A stretch of 64,000 nucleotides of DNA from Mobula hypostoma (GCF_963921235.1 NC_086097.1:23128001-23192000); one strand, 5' to 3'; shown: positions 13,501 through 25,762, counted from the first letter of the stretch. Notes: generated by a model from the sequence alone, not told the origin. Numbers and translations: made by a program.

Positions 13501-13986
13501 TTTATTCCACTCCATTGATGCTGCCTGACCTGCTGAGTTCCTTCAGTATTTCTGTGTATGTTGCTATGGATTTCCAGTATCTGCAGAATCTCTTGTGTTT
13601 ATAAGTCCTGAGAATCATATCTGTCTCTGTCCTTACTCCTTTCCAGAACGAATGCCAGTGGCTTGTGATCTTGTGACTTCTGTTTCAAGTACTGTTCAAT
13701 CTCTGTATACCAAATGTAGAGTTTTCTGCCTGAACCACTTCCCGTGATGAAACATTTAATTCTTCAACAATTCATGATAAAAAGACATCTGTTATAACCT
13801 TTATCTTCGCTCTCACTCATCATTTTAAATTAATCGTTCCTCATGACTGACTCTGGAACTAGCAGAAATAGTTCTCAAAACCATGACCCAGGACATGCCC
13901 TCTTCTCATTGCTACCATCGGGGAGGAGCTACAGGAGCTGAAGACACCCATTCAAAACGTTAGGAACAGCCTCTTCTATATATATA

Positions 13987-14548
13987 TAGTACTGTGCAAA
14001 AGTCTTGGGCACTTATATGTAGGGAGAGTGCATAAAGCTTTTGCACCGTTCTGTATTTGTCAGCATGGTGCAGACAGCGAGTTTGTAAATCTGGTGGGAG
14101 CAAAGCATGTTGGGAATGGCAAGGGTGGAGCACTGTGGGAGGGGTGTTGGAGAGGTGGCAGAGAAGGAGTGCCAGGGTTGGGGGGGGGGTGGCGTGGTGG
14201 CACGTGTGTAGACACACCCATCCCTGAGACTCCAGACAAGGTCATCTGATTCCAAACTGTTGGTTTATTGATCATTACAGAATGCCCCTCTGGTGCTTCC
14301 CACTCCCTCTCCTCTCCTTTCCCCTTTTCCCAACCATGATTCCCCTCTTCCTGGCTCCTTACCAATCTCAGACCACAATAGAGACCCATATCAGAATCAG
14401 GTTTATCATCGCTCACGTATGTCATGAAATTTGTCTTTTTTTAAATGGCAGCAGTCCAGTGCAATACATAAAATTACCACGGTATTGTGAAAAGTCTTAG
14501 ACACCCTGGCTCTATACAGTATATGTCCAAGACTTTTGCACAGTATTG
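13987..14548. mobile_element. Composite TA-flanked DNA element with mini-hairpin MITEs at both ends
   Basis: Each end is a ~65-70 bp inverted repeat of agtactgtgcaaaagtctt(a/g)ggcac; a second copy lies at 44412-44872. Confidence 0.7.
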
Positions 14549-15517
14549 TAATATTGTTATTTATAGTTTTTTATCTGTGCAATACAATGCACTGCTGCCA
14601 CAAAACAACCAATTTCACCATATTAAACCTGATTCAATGATATGATATAACAATGATATTAAACCTGATTCTGATTCTGATCATAGATACAACCATCAAA
14701 TTTGCTCCTGGCATTTCACTCCAGTGGTCTTGGGCCTTTATTTTACATCTCCCCGCCTAACTACAGTTTCATTTCCTTAGCATTGAACAAGTTTGACTGA
14801 GTAACCTTTTCTTTGTACTATATAGATCTCTAGTTTGGTTTGTTCTTTCAAGGAGGGGTAAGTTAGGTGGGTCTTGTGAATTTTTTCAATATCTAACATA
14901 TAAACCTAATTTGGGGCCCAACAAATTAACCATTTGAGTTCAAACTTGTTCCTCTTGATCTATACTCTGACCTACATGACGTCTGCTCTTCCATTTGCTC
15001 GAGATGCAACTGGCTGTTGGTAAACAAGCTTTTTGATTCAACATGTCCTCTCTTACTGTGACCTCCAACGGTGTTCGTTATAATATTAGATTTTTGGGAC
15101 TTAATATTTGGAAGGGACTCAGATTCATTTATCAAATATACATTGAGACATACAGTGAAGTGTGTCATTTTTGTGAACATTCAACACAACCCAAGGATGT
15201 GCACAAGTGTCACTATGCATTCCAGCACTAACATAGTATACCCACAATGCTCAGCTGAACACAGAAAACAACAAAGCAGGCACAACAAGCAACAAAAACA
15301 ACAGCAAAACAAGCCCCTTTCCTCCCTCACACACAGACAGTCCAACTCCAGGAAAGGCCTCCAGTTTCCAGCCTTCAGCCACTGGGTTACCAATTGACCT
15401 CCAAGTTCCGATCCTCAGTCTCGACTCCTGGACCAGCTGATGACAGGAACCTGAACTCCGGGCTTGAACAGTAACCTCCCACCCAGGAGGTGAACATGTT
15501 GCGGAGTGTGCTGAGAG

Positions 15518-15825
15518 GTGGCACGGTAGTGTAGCAGTTAGCATAATGCTATTACAGTGGCAGCGATTGGGGTGCAATTCCAGCCGGTGTCTGTCAGAAG
15601 TTTGTACGCTCTTGATGTGGCCGGGTGCTCAGGTTTCCTCCCACATTCCAAAGACACACAGTGAGGGTTAGTGAATTGTGGACATGCTACATTGGCATTG
15701 AAAGCGTGGCAAAACCTGCAGGCTGCCCAGCACAACCCTCAATGATATGATTTGATGCAAACAATACATTTCGCTGTATAATTTGGTGTTTCGATGTACA
15801 TGTGACAAACAAGCTGATCTTAAAA
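15518..15825 (+). mobile_element. tRNA-derived V-SINE-like element (representative copy)
   Basis: tRNA-like head with A/B-box remnants (gtagcagttagc...gcaattcc) and the V-domain gggtgctcaggtttcctcccacattccaaagac. Related copies at ~2925-3155, 5678-5980, 10535-10845, 45640-45875, 50172-50430 and 56892-57190 (+), and 6730-6940 and 38290-38840 (-). Confidence 0.75.
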
Positions 15826-16399
15826 AAAAGAACAACAGCTTATAATGACGTTATCCTCTTACTATAAATAGCTTTGTTACTAGTGAACATTACTTGTCAT
15901 GGTTGGTATCCTGGCTGTTTTATATTTATGTGTGGATCACAGTGGAAATTCATTATACTTAAACTATTGACTTTGCTCACGCTAACAACATCAAAAATAA
16001 TTAAAAATTGATCACTAACTAGGGGAAGCTCATGTTGTGAAACAGCAGGCAGTAAATCATAGATTTAGTTCTGAATACTTTTTCCCAGTCCCACATCAAA
16101 AATTTAAGCATGGGAATTAAAGATCGAAGCTTACTGTGCGGCAATGTGCTACACCATCAGAGCCGATGTCTTTAGGATGAAACTTTAGGTTAAGCCCCTG
16201 TCTATACTCCCAGCTCAATATTAAAGGAAAGACAAAGACTAAAGATTAGCTATATTTGTGAATACATTGTAAATGTGAAAGTCAACGTTTTGGGATGAGA
16301 CTGTTCATCTGGACCATAATCAGGATCACGTCTCGGCCTGGAATGCTGGCTTTTTATACACCTCCGTAGATGCTGCCTGACTTGCTGCGTTCCTCCCGC

Positions 16400-16704
16400 A
16401 TTTTGGGACCTCCTGCTGAAGGAAGCCAATGAAATAAAACTAGAGGAAAAGAATTTTAACAACGATGAAGGTCTTGCTCTAAGTTAGAACTGGAATTCAA
16501 CTGTAAACAGCAGAAACCTGATTGGATGAAGGCTAACTAATCAGGAGGGACAGATGATGGTGGGAGGGGGGTGGGGGGGTACAAATACCACTGAACTCGA
16601 CATGCCTGGACATCCCTGAAGATGACAGAGCTTGTCATCAAAACACCGGTTAAAATTGATACCTGTGCCCAGCTGGAACCCAAGAAGAATTTGTTCATCA
16701 TATA
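16400..16704 (+). mobile_element. Penelope-like element 3' end (family C) with a degenerate hammerhead at ~16612-16660
   Basis: Encodes LLKEANEIKLEEKNFNNDEGLALS*NW (GIY-YIG C-terminal EA..I...N.D.G motif). Downstream atccctgaagatgacagagcttgtcatcaaaacaccggt resembles a decayed hammerhead. Interrupted by a Tc1-type MITE at 16705. Confidence 0.65.
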
Positions 16705-16973
16705 CAGTGGTGCTAGAAAGTTTGTGAACTCTGTAGAATTTTTTATATTTCTGCATAAATATGACCTAAAATGTGATCAGATCTTCACGGAAGTCTTAAA
16801 ACTAGAGAAAGAGAACCCAATTAAATAAATAACACAAAAACATTACACTTGTTCATTTACTTACTGAGAAAAACCATCCAATATTACATGTATTTTTTGG
16901 AAGAGGTATGTGAACCTTTGCTTTCAGTAACTAGTGTGACCCCGTTGTACAGCAATAACTTTGAGCACCACTG
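16705..16973. mobile_element. Tc1-type MITE/deletion derivative (second family)
   Basis: ta|cagtggtgctagaaagt ... actttgagcaccactg|ta; TA duplication. Confidence 0.8.
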
Positions 16974-17315
16974 TATACAGGGAAAGCACTTGAATCTTTT
17001 TCAATCTTTATCTTGCTTTCCTTCTTACTTATTCCTGCATTCTGGTGATTCCCATTCTTCTCCCACATGCCAAGACTGAACAAACAGCTTGCCTACCATC
17101 TTGCAGCCATAAAGCTTTGCTGGCATTAACTGTCACAAAAAATATTTCTCCTAGTTACTGTATCCACAAGCCACTCCCTAACGTTTGTGCAACATAGTGG
17201 TTAAAACGTGGTCATGCCCTTGTACAACTCCTTTTAATTCCTATTAGGTCAGTGTACTCATTTACATGCTGTGCAGAATCAGAATGAAAATCAGAGTTAG
17301 GCTTATTATCACCGG

Positions 17316-19256
17316 TGTCAGTGCTGAGCAATTGCTCAGCAAAAGGAGGTGTAACGTGCTCCTTCCATCCAATAGCCTACAGGTCACCCTTGAGCAAGGT
17401 GTAGTACCTGTTTAGCCTCCCAATCAGGGTCACGTGAAACCATGGTTTGCAGGTGGTGGTTGGTCTTACAAGCAGATTCTACAATTGGAATTTATGGTAG
17501 TAAAACTAAAAACGCTGGGCAGATGAATCTGCTGATCAATGGCCAGGGTAACCTGTCCAGTATGGACACTGCAATTGAAGAAGGCAACGGGAAACCACTT
17601 CAGTATTCCTCCCTTGTATCATGAACTCAATCAACTACGGTCGCAACTCAAAGATGTGAATGGAGCCTCATCCGGTAGAGGATCTCATGCGCCACAGGTG
17701 AACCTCGACCGTTATCCAGCGACTGTCGACAGATTAAAAGCAAAGAAGATCAGACTAGCAACCTGGAATGTAAGAACCCTTAACCAACCTGGTAAACTAG
17801 GCAACATCAAACAGGAAATGGAAAGGTTAAAAATCAACATCTTGGGAATGTGCAAGATGAGGTGGAAAGGAGCTGGTAAAACAGGCTCAGAGGGATATAC
17901 CATCATTTACTCGGGAGGAGAAATACATGAAAAAGGTGTTGGAATTATGTTAGATGAAGAACATACAAAATCAATAAAAGACTACTGGACAATATCAGAT
18001 CGAATGTTATTTGTGAAACTACATGCAAAACCTTTTACCATTAACATCGTTCAAGTTTATGTTCCAACAGCAGACAGCAGTGAAGAAAGCATCGATTGAT
18101 TTTATGACGAACTAGAAACAACATTAAGACAATGTAAAAGCTCAGAAAATACCATTTGTGACGAAGGCTCGTCACTGACTACGGACGGCACGTGGCGCAC
18201 TCAGTAAAACACTCATCCCCAGCAGTAATAGTGACTGGGTCTGAACCAGAGCTGCTGCATGGATCTGTCTCAAATAGAGGCAGCAGCAACCTGCACAGGT
18301 GTGCTGATGGTGGAGGATACCATCTTTAATTGGACAATTGAGTTAATTAGCTTTTGGTTGGTCTAGGCGGAGGGGCTTAGCAGTTATAAGCCTCAGGTTA
18401 CCAAGGCTTTGGGGTTAGTTTTCTTTTGTGTTTAGTCTGAGGGTAGCTATATATATTGGTTTTTTTTTCCAGTTTTTGTCTTGTTTTGAGGTAGATAAAA
18501 GCACCTCTATCTAGTTTTGCGACTCAAGCCATCTTGTTATTTTTCTTAAACAATTGACCCACAGTTTTTGTGACACCATTATTCAAGGTGACTTCAACAC
18601 AAAAGTAGGCAAGACCAGGGACGAGGACAATAATGGGCATTACGGCATAGGTGAGAGATGAGAGAGGTGAACGACTAGCTACATGGGTCACAGAAAAAGA
18701 TTATATAATTGGTAATACCGTATTCAAGCAACACCTGAGAAAACTATGGACATGGAAGAGCCCGGAGATAACACCAGAAACCAGATTGATTACGTGCTTA
18801 TAAGGAGAAGGTATAGAAATGTTCTGAAATCATGCAAAACGTACCTGGGTGCAGACTGACATATGCCTGCGAGTCATGGACCATCACAAATAAGAATCAA
18901 TGCAGCAGAGATGTGGTTCCTCAGAGGAATGCTGTGCATGTCATATACGGACAGGATAACCAACAAAGCAGTACAGCGGAGAACGAAAACAAAACGTGCA
19001 TTACTTAAAAAAAAAAAATCAGAAAACAGCAATCAAAATTCTTTGGACACATCATGCGAAGAGAGACATTAGAACGTTTAGTTACAACTGGAAAGCTGGA
19101 AGGAAAAAGCAGAGGCAGAGAATGAAAATGAAAGATGGAATAACATCATGGTTAGAAACAGGGGAGGCAACAACTACAATTTGGAGGGTCAAGGACCGTG
19201 ATGGATGGAGAGACATGATCACCCATGCCGAACGGCAAGGCACCTGAATGATGATG
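17316..19256 (+). mobile_element. RTE-clade LINE, internally deleted (APE retained, RT lost)
   Basis: APE motifs LATWNVRTL...ILGMCKMRW...IVQVYVPT, GDFN, NQIDY, TYLGAD join directly to the C-terminus (YACESW...INAAEMWFLRGML). Ends in a (TGA)n tail. TSD atcac(c/t)gg at 17308-17315 and 19257-19264. Confidence 0.85.
18157..18575. mobile_element. Solo LTR (419 bp)
   Basis: TGTGAC...GTGACA termini with a 5-bp TSD ccatt (18152-18156 and 18576-18580). Removing it restores the RTE frame ENTIIQGDFNTKVG. Confidence 0.85.
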
Positions 19257-20064
19257 ATCACTGGCATATTTTGTAAAATTGGTTGTTTTGTGGCAGCAGC
19301 ACAGTGCAATGCGTAAAAAAAAATCCAAATTACAATAAGTAAATATTAATAAAATGAATTAAACAAGTGGTGCAAAAAGAGAGCAAAACTAATGAGGCAG
19401 TGCTTACAGGTTAGTTCAATGTCCATTCAGAAACCTGATGGTGGAGAAGAAGCTGTTCCTGAAAGATTGAGTGTGTATCTTCAGGCTCCTGTACCTTCCC
19501 CCTGATGGCAGCAATGAGAAAAGGGCATGTCCTAGGTGATGGGGCTCCTTAATAATGGATGCCACTCTTTTGAGACAATACCTTTATCATTTGCTAGTGT
19601 AACTCTTCTTTCTCTGTTGGGTTAGAGTGCATGGTTTCGAACTTGGAAGTCAGGATCAGAATCTGAATCAAGTTTATTATCACTGACATACGCATGTCAT
19701 GAAATTTGTTATTTTGTGGCAGTGGTACAGTGCAAGACATAAAATATACTATAATTTATAATAAGAAAGATAAAACAATAAATAAGTAGTGTAAAAAGAG
19801 AGCAAAAATAATGCAGTAGTGTTTAGGGGTTCATTGACCATTCAGAAATCTGATCGTGGAAGGGGAAGTACAGTAAATGTTCCTAAAACATTGAGTTGTG
19901 TCTTCAGGCTCCTGCACCCCCTCTCTGATGGTAACAATGAAACAATTAAAATCACAGGCACCCTCTTGCATAACAAACCCTGGAAGAATGACAGACATCA
20001 TGTCTTCTGAAGAAGAGTATTTAATGCAACTTGTCCACACTCCAAAAAGGAATACTGAGAAAAA

Positions 20065-20065
<1 letters not shown>

Positions 20066-20114
<49 letters not shown>

Positions 20115-20330
20115 ACACAACACCCCACACACACACTCATACCTCACATATACACACACCACACTACACCCCACACACACACTCTTACCTCACATATACA
20201 CACACCACTCTACACCCGACACTACATCACACGCGTGCGCACACACACCCACTACCTTCTACACACAGACACGTATACACAAAACTCAACCCATACACAG
20301 ACTCACACACATACATGCACAGACACATCT
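20066..20330. repeat. (CA)n microsatellite decaying into CA-rich low-complexity sequence
   Basis: Visible directly; source of the spurious His/Thr and Cys/Val ORFs. Confidence 0.95.
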
Positions 20331-20666
20331 TGTCCCCAGTGCTGCAGAAAATCTAAAGTGACATTTTGCAATTCATAACATTTTCTCTTATATGTCAGAG
20401 GCTGTAAAAAGTTTAAGCAGTAGTAATAACTATATACATATACAGTATCACTTGCATTGTTCCAAGTGGCATGTTTTAACAATTACAAATAATTAGATTT
20501 CCTTATATGTATTATATAAAATATATATAACTACACATTATTCTGTATAAAACACATATATTTTGTTTGAGCAGTGACATCAGAAATCTGCCACTAAATA
20601 ATTAAATCTTACAGCACAACAATCACAGTCCTTAGAGATAACAGACAGTTATCTCAAGATGATATA

Positions 20667-21137
20667 CAGGAGGTGATTGATAAGTTCGTGGCCTAAGGTA
20701 GAAGAAGTCAATTTTAGAAAACCTAACATACTCCCGTCCTACATTTACACACTTAGTCCAGCAATTGTGGAGCATACGCATCCCTTCTTTGTAGAAGTGG
20801 TCCACAGTAAGGGTGATTGATAAGTTCGTGGCCTAAGGTAGAAGGAGATGAGTTATACCGCTCTTGTCACATGCACGTGCAGTTCAACCCTTTGAGTGAA
20901 AATGCAGAAAGCTTGAAGTTAATAACTCATTTCATTCTACCCTAGGCCATGAAATTATCAATCACCCCTGCTGTGGACCACTTCCCGGAGGTCCAAGACA
21001 CCGACTTCTACAAAGAAGGGATCCATATGCTCCACGACCACTGGACTAAGTGTGTAAATGTAGGAAAAATAAATGTGCTAGGTTTTCTAAAAATGACTCC
21101 TTCTACCTTGGGCCACGACCTTATCAATCACCTCTCG
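20667..21137. mobile_element. Fold-back mariner derivative with four TIR copies
   Basis: TA-flanked. Outer TIRs ggtgattgataagttcgtggcctaaggtagaa and their reverse complement; inner TIR pair at ~20811-20845 and ~20935-20967. Both arms encode a mariner transposase C-terminus (FYKEGIHMLHDHWTKCVNVG on +, FYKEGMRMLHNCWTKCVNVG on -). Confidence 0.85.
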
Positions 21138-21770
21138 TATATATTAATAATAAATGTGTTTTTTTTATAATTGTGTACTTTATCTTGTTGGGTTTTTTTG
21201 TGCTGGAGGAACAATATTCAAAGCAACGCACACAAAATGCTGGAGGAACTCAGCAGGTCAGGCAGCATCTATGGCAATGCATAAATACATATGTGATGGT
21301 GGTCTCTGGATATTGAAAAGCATATATCCCTTAGGATACATAGTCCAATTTAGAAGATGTATTTGTGAGTTTTCATTGTCAGATGTTTCTTCTCTAACCA
21401 TTTTTAAATTAGTAATTCCATCATTTCTTATTAACTTTAGTCTGAGAGTTTCCTGCATTAGTATTGAAAATGTAATTCTATTAAATGAAAGAATAAATCT
21501 GGGTATGTTTTTATTCTTTTATGGCATTGATTCATCTTCTAATGTCCTCAGAAGCTATTTAATATTAAACCATTCTCATAATTAGAATAATTAACATTCC
21601 CAGCAACTTCAAACAAATTCATCTCCTTCAAAAACAAAGGCAATAAAATGCTCTGATATCATCCCAAATAGCTCTGCAAAGAATGAGATGCACTTGAGAT
21701 GGAACCGCTGTTGGAAAATGGCAATGCAGTTGTCAGTTTGTGCACGTTGTCTTCTGATGCCTGAATTCTT

Positions 21771-21831
21771 CACACACACACACACGCACACGCACACGCA
21801 CACGCACACGCACACGCACGCACACGCACGC
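21771..21831. repeat. (CA)/(CACG) alternating purine-pyrimidine microsatellite
   Basis: cacacacacacacacgcacacgcacacgca...; visible directly. Confidence 0.95.
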
Positions 21832-23411
21832 TAAGATAATTCTGGAGACAGTTCGACCTCACTTGGAATATCGTGTTCAGTTCTGGTCGCCACATTATAA
21901 AAGCACGTGGAAGCTTCAGAGAGGATGCCGAGGAGATTTACCAGGATGCCGCCTGGACCAGAGGGCATAGGTTGAGCATGCTAGGACTTTTCTTTTTCAA
22001 CTGAAGCAGGGTGACAGGTGAGTTAATAGAGGTGTACATAATGATAAGAGATATAGATTGAGTGAACAGCCAAAGACTCTTCCCAGGGCATTATACAAGG
22101 GGCCATACTTCTAAGGTGATTGGAGGAAGTTATGGGGGGATGATAGGGATAGGCTGTTTACACAGGGAATAGTGTTTGCATTGAACAAACTGTCAGAGGT
22201 GGTGGCAGAAGCAGATAAGTTAGGGAAATTAAATAAACTCATTGATAGGCACATGAATAATAGAAAAATGGAAGGCTATGTAGGAGGGAAGGGTTAGATT
22301 GATATTAGGGTAGGTTAAAAGGTTAGCACAACATTATGAGCCAAAGGGCCTATAACAGGTTGTAATGTTCATTGTTAGAGCATAATGAGATCATAAGATA
22401 TAGGAGCAGGATAAGCCATCTGGCCCATCGAGTCTGCCCCAGTCTCCCAACTTCTCCCCTTATCCCTTCATGCCCTGCCTAATCAAGAATCTCTCTGCCT
22501 TAAATGTACCCAACGACTTGGCCTCCAAAACCTCCACTGGCAACAAATTTCACAGATTCACCACTCTCTGGTTAAAGAAATTCCTCCTCATCTCTGTTCT
22601 AAAAGGGTGCCCCTTTATTCTGAGGCCTTGTCCTCTGGTCTTAGACTGTGTACTCTCTATAAATGCCGATTTTCTTTCCCTCTCTCCCCCCCCCCACCCC
22701 CGGCAACTTGTAAATAATACAGACTATTTAAAGAAAGTGGTAAAAAAAAATGACACTTGTTCATGCCCAATATTATTGTATTCCATAATTGTTCAGGAAG
22801 TAAACATTAAGTTTAATGGGACTACGTGAATGAATTTAAATAGCCACTACAGATTCTACTTCTGTGCCCAGTACTGCAGAGGGCAGTGGAACAATTACTC
22901 CACAATGACTTGGACAAAATGCGATAGTTTTAACACCGACACCTCGAGTTTTCGTTGCTGCAACCTGTTAGAATGGGAGACTGTAGCGATGCAACCAGTA
23001 TTTTCTTCCACTGACACGCACTCTGTACGCGACTGCTTTCAAGTTTTGCAAAACAAGCACTAACTTTAGAAAACTATGACAGATCATCCCTAGCGTCTTG
23101 TCATTTTTGTGACAGGACTTGGAGAAATTACTTGATCTGTGCAATTCAAAAGATAAAATGGAGCTGCCCTGGAGTCAGTACCTGTGTTTGTTTATTTTTC
23201 CAAGCAGAATCCCACAGTGGTTAGCTGCCCTTAGAAGTTCCCTCAGCTAGCAGAGTGCTTTTCAATAAGGGGATGCCAGACAATATCCTCAGAAACTATT
23301 TAATATTAAACTATTCTCATAACTGGAGAAATTAGCATTCCCAGCAACATCAAACAAATCCTAGACTAGAGATTTTTCAGATGCTGCAAATCCAGAGGAA
23401 CAAGCACAGAA

Positions 23412-24010
23412 AGCAAACACAAGGAATTCTGCAGATGCTGGAAATTCAAGCAACACACATAAAAGTTGCTGGTGAACGCAGCAGGCCAGGCAGCATCTCT
23501 AGGAAGAGGTACAGTCGACGGTTCAGGCCGAGACCCTTCGTCAGGACTAACTGAAGAAAGAGTGAGTAAGGGATTTGGGAGGGGGAGGGGGAGATCCAAA
23601 ATGCTCGGAGAAGACAGGAGGGGGAGGGATGGAGCCAAGAGCTGGGCAGTTGATTGGCAAAAGGGGTATGAGAGGATCATGGGACAGGAGGTCCAGGGAG
23701 AAGGAAAAGGGGGAGGGGGGGAAAAACCCAGAGGATGGGCAAAGGGTATAGTCAGAGGGACAGAGGGAGAAAAAGGAGAGTGAGAGAAAGAATGTGTGTA
23801 TATAAATAACGGATGGGGTACGAGGGGGAGGTGGGGCATTAGCGGAAGTTAGAGAAGTCAATGTTCACGCCATCAGGTTGGAGGCTACCCAGATGGAATA
23901 TAAGGTGTTCCTCCAACCTGAGTGTGTCTTCATCTTTACAGTAGAGGAGGCTGTGGAAAGACATGTCAGAATGGGAATGGGATGTGGAATTAAAATGTGT
24001 GGCCACTGGG
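23412..24010 (-). mobile_element. Penelope-like element 3' fragment inserted into another Penelope end
   Basis: Reverse strand encodes VATHFNSTSHSHSDMS...LIFHLGSLQPDGVNIDFSNFR*, followed by a pLTR with a hammerhead. 9-bp TSD agcacagaa at 23403-23411 and 24011-24019. Confidence 0.85.
23512..23549 (-). ncRNA. Minimal hammerhead motif (family A) with GAAC in place of GAAA
   Basis: Reverse complement UAGUC-CUGACGA-AGGGUCUCGGCCU-GAAC-CG-UC-GACUG. Confidence 0.6.
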
Positions 24011-25762
24011 AGCACAGAATATTGGAGGAACTCAGCAGGTCAGAAGAGAATCTGGAAAATCCTCCAAAAGGTACTGGATTCGGCCCGATACATCACAGGT
24101 AAAGCCCTCCAGACCACTGAGCATGGCTACATGAAGTGCTGTTGTAGAAAAGCAGCATCCTTCAGCAGAGATCCTCACCACCCGGACCACGCTTTTTTCT
24201 CACTGCTGCCATCAGGTAGAAAGCACCAGTGCCTCAGGACTTGTTACTACCCTACAACCATCAGGCTCTTGAACAAACGGGGATAACTACACTCACTTGT
24301 CCATCCATTGAGATGTTTCCAGAACCAATGATGTCACTTTAATGACTCTTTATCTAGTTATCTCATATTCTTGTTATTTATTGCTATTTGTTTATATTTG
24401 CATTTGCACAGCTTTTTGTCTTCTGCACTCTAGCGGACCTTTCACTGACTCCTTTATTGGTTCTATTCTTTAGATTTGCTGAGTACGTCCTCAGGAAAAT
24501 GAATGTCAGTGTTGCATGTGGTGACATATACGTACTTCGATAATATGAGTTTGAGGACTCATACAGCCAGATTTGGGAACAGCTTCTTTCCATCTGTGAT
24601 AAGACTGCTGAACGGATCCTGACCCGGATCTGGGCTGTACCCTCCAAATATCCAGACCTGCCTCTCGATTTTTTTGCACTACCTTACTTTTCATTTTTCT
24701 ATTTTCTATTTATGATTTATAATTTAAATTTTAAATATTTACTATCGATTTGTAATCCAGGGAATGGGAAGCGCAGAATCAAATATCGCTGTGACTATTG
24801 TACGTTCAAGTATCAAATGTTTGGCGACAATAAAGTATAAAGTATAATAAAATTTGCTTTGGACTTTGATCTACAAAGGGGAATGAACAGTTGATGTTCC
24901 AGACTGAGACCCTTCACCAGGACGTCGACTGTTGTTCTCCTCTGTAGAGGCTACTTGACCTGCTGAGTTCCTCCAGCATCTCGTGTTTGCTCTTTAAAAT
25001 AAATTTGTCTCTTTCAGAGAAAAAGGTAATAAAATGCAATCTGAATTTTTTCGAAGTCACTGCTTTTTTTCTCCCCACACTGGTGGCTTTCTTTCAGTCT
25101 CTATCAAAATAAATACAGTCAATAAACAATCTTAGCTCCCTCTTAAGGAGGGCTAGCGTTATTTATCTTCACATCTTTAAAGGATTTACAGTGCTAGATG
25201 CCAGAAGCAACTTGAAATTGCCTAGAGTCTGAGAAAATTAAGTTACGGGCAAAGCTGATGTGTTCAGAACTGTAGACAATGATAAGCTATTGTAGAACTA
25301 AATTAGAAAATGGTAGAAATACACAGCTGATGACAGCTCATCAACCCACAAAGTTAACTCTGTTTCTCTGCTTACTGCTTAATCTGCTGTATGCTTTTAC
25401 CAATTTCCATCTTAAATCCAGATTTCCAGCATTAGCCGTTTTCTTTTGTATTTTTGTACAGCTCAGTAGCATTGTTGTTTTAAACATGTAAAACACGTGA
25501 AGTTGGAATTCCAGAACGTTTTGCTGGAATGGGAAAATTATTTGAGTTCCTAACCTTTTTTATGCCACGGTCCCCTACCGTTATATGAGGGGTCCATGCA
25601 CCCCAGGTTGGGAATACATGTCTGACATAAATCAATTGGATTTGTGGAGAGTGTATAATTTTAAAGCAGGTATATAATGCAAAGGAGTGAATGTGCTGAA
25701 CCTGAAGAGGAGATTTGATGGAGTGAATCAGATTCAGAATTAGGTTTATTATCACTGACACA

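Noticed and set aside
15518..15590. tRNA genes at SINE heads (also near 5680, 45645, 50175, 56892)
   Set aside because: Degenerate A/B boxes are fused to V-SINE bodies; there is no intact cloverleaf.
19831..20378. His/Thr-rich and Cys/Val-rich ORFs
   Set aside because: These are translations of a (CA)n microsatellite.
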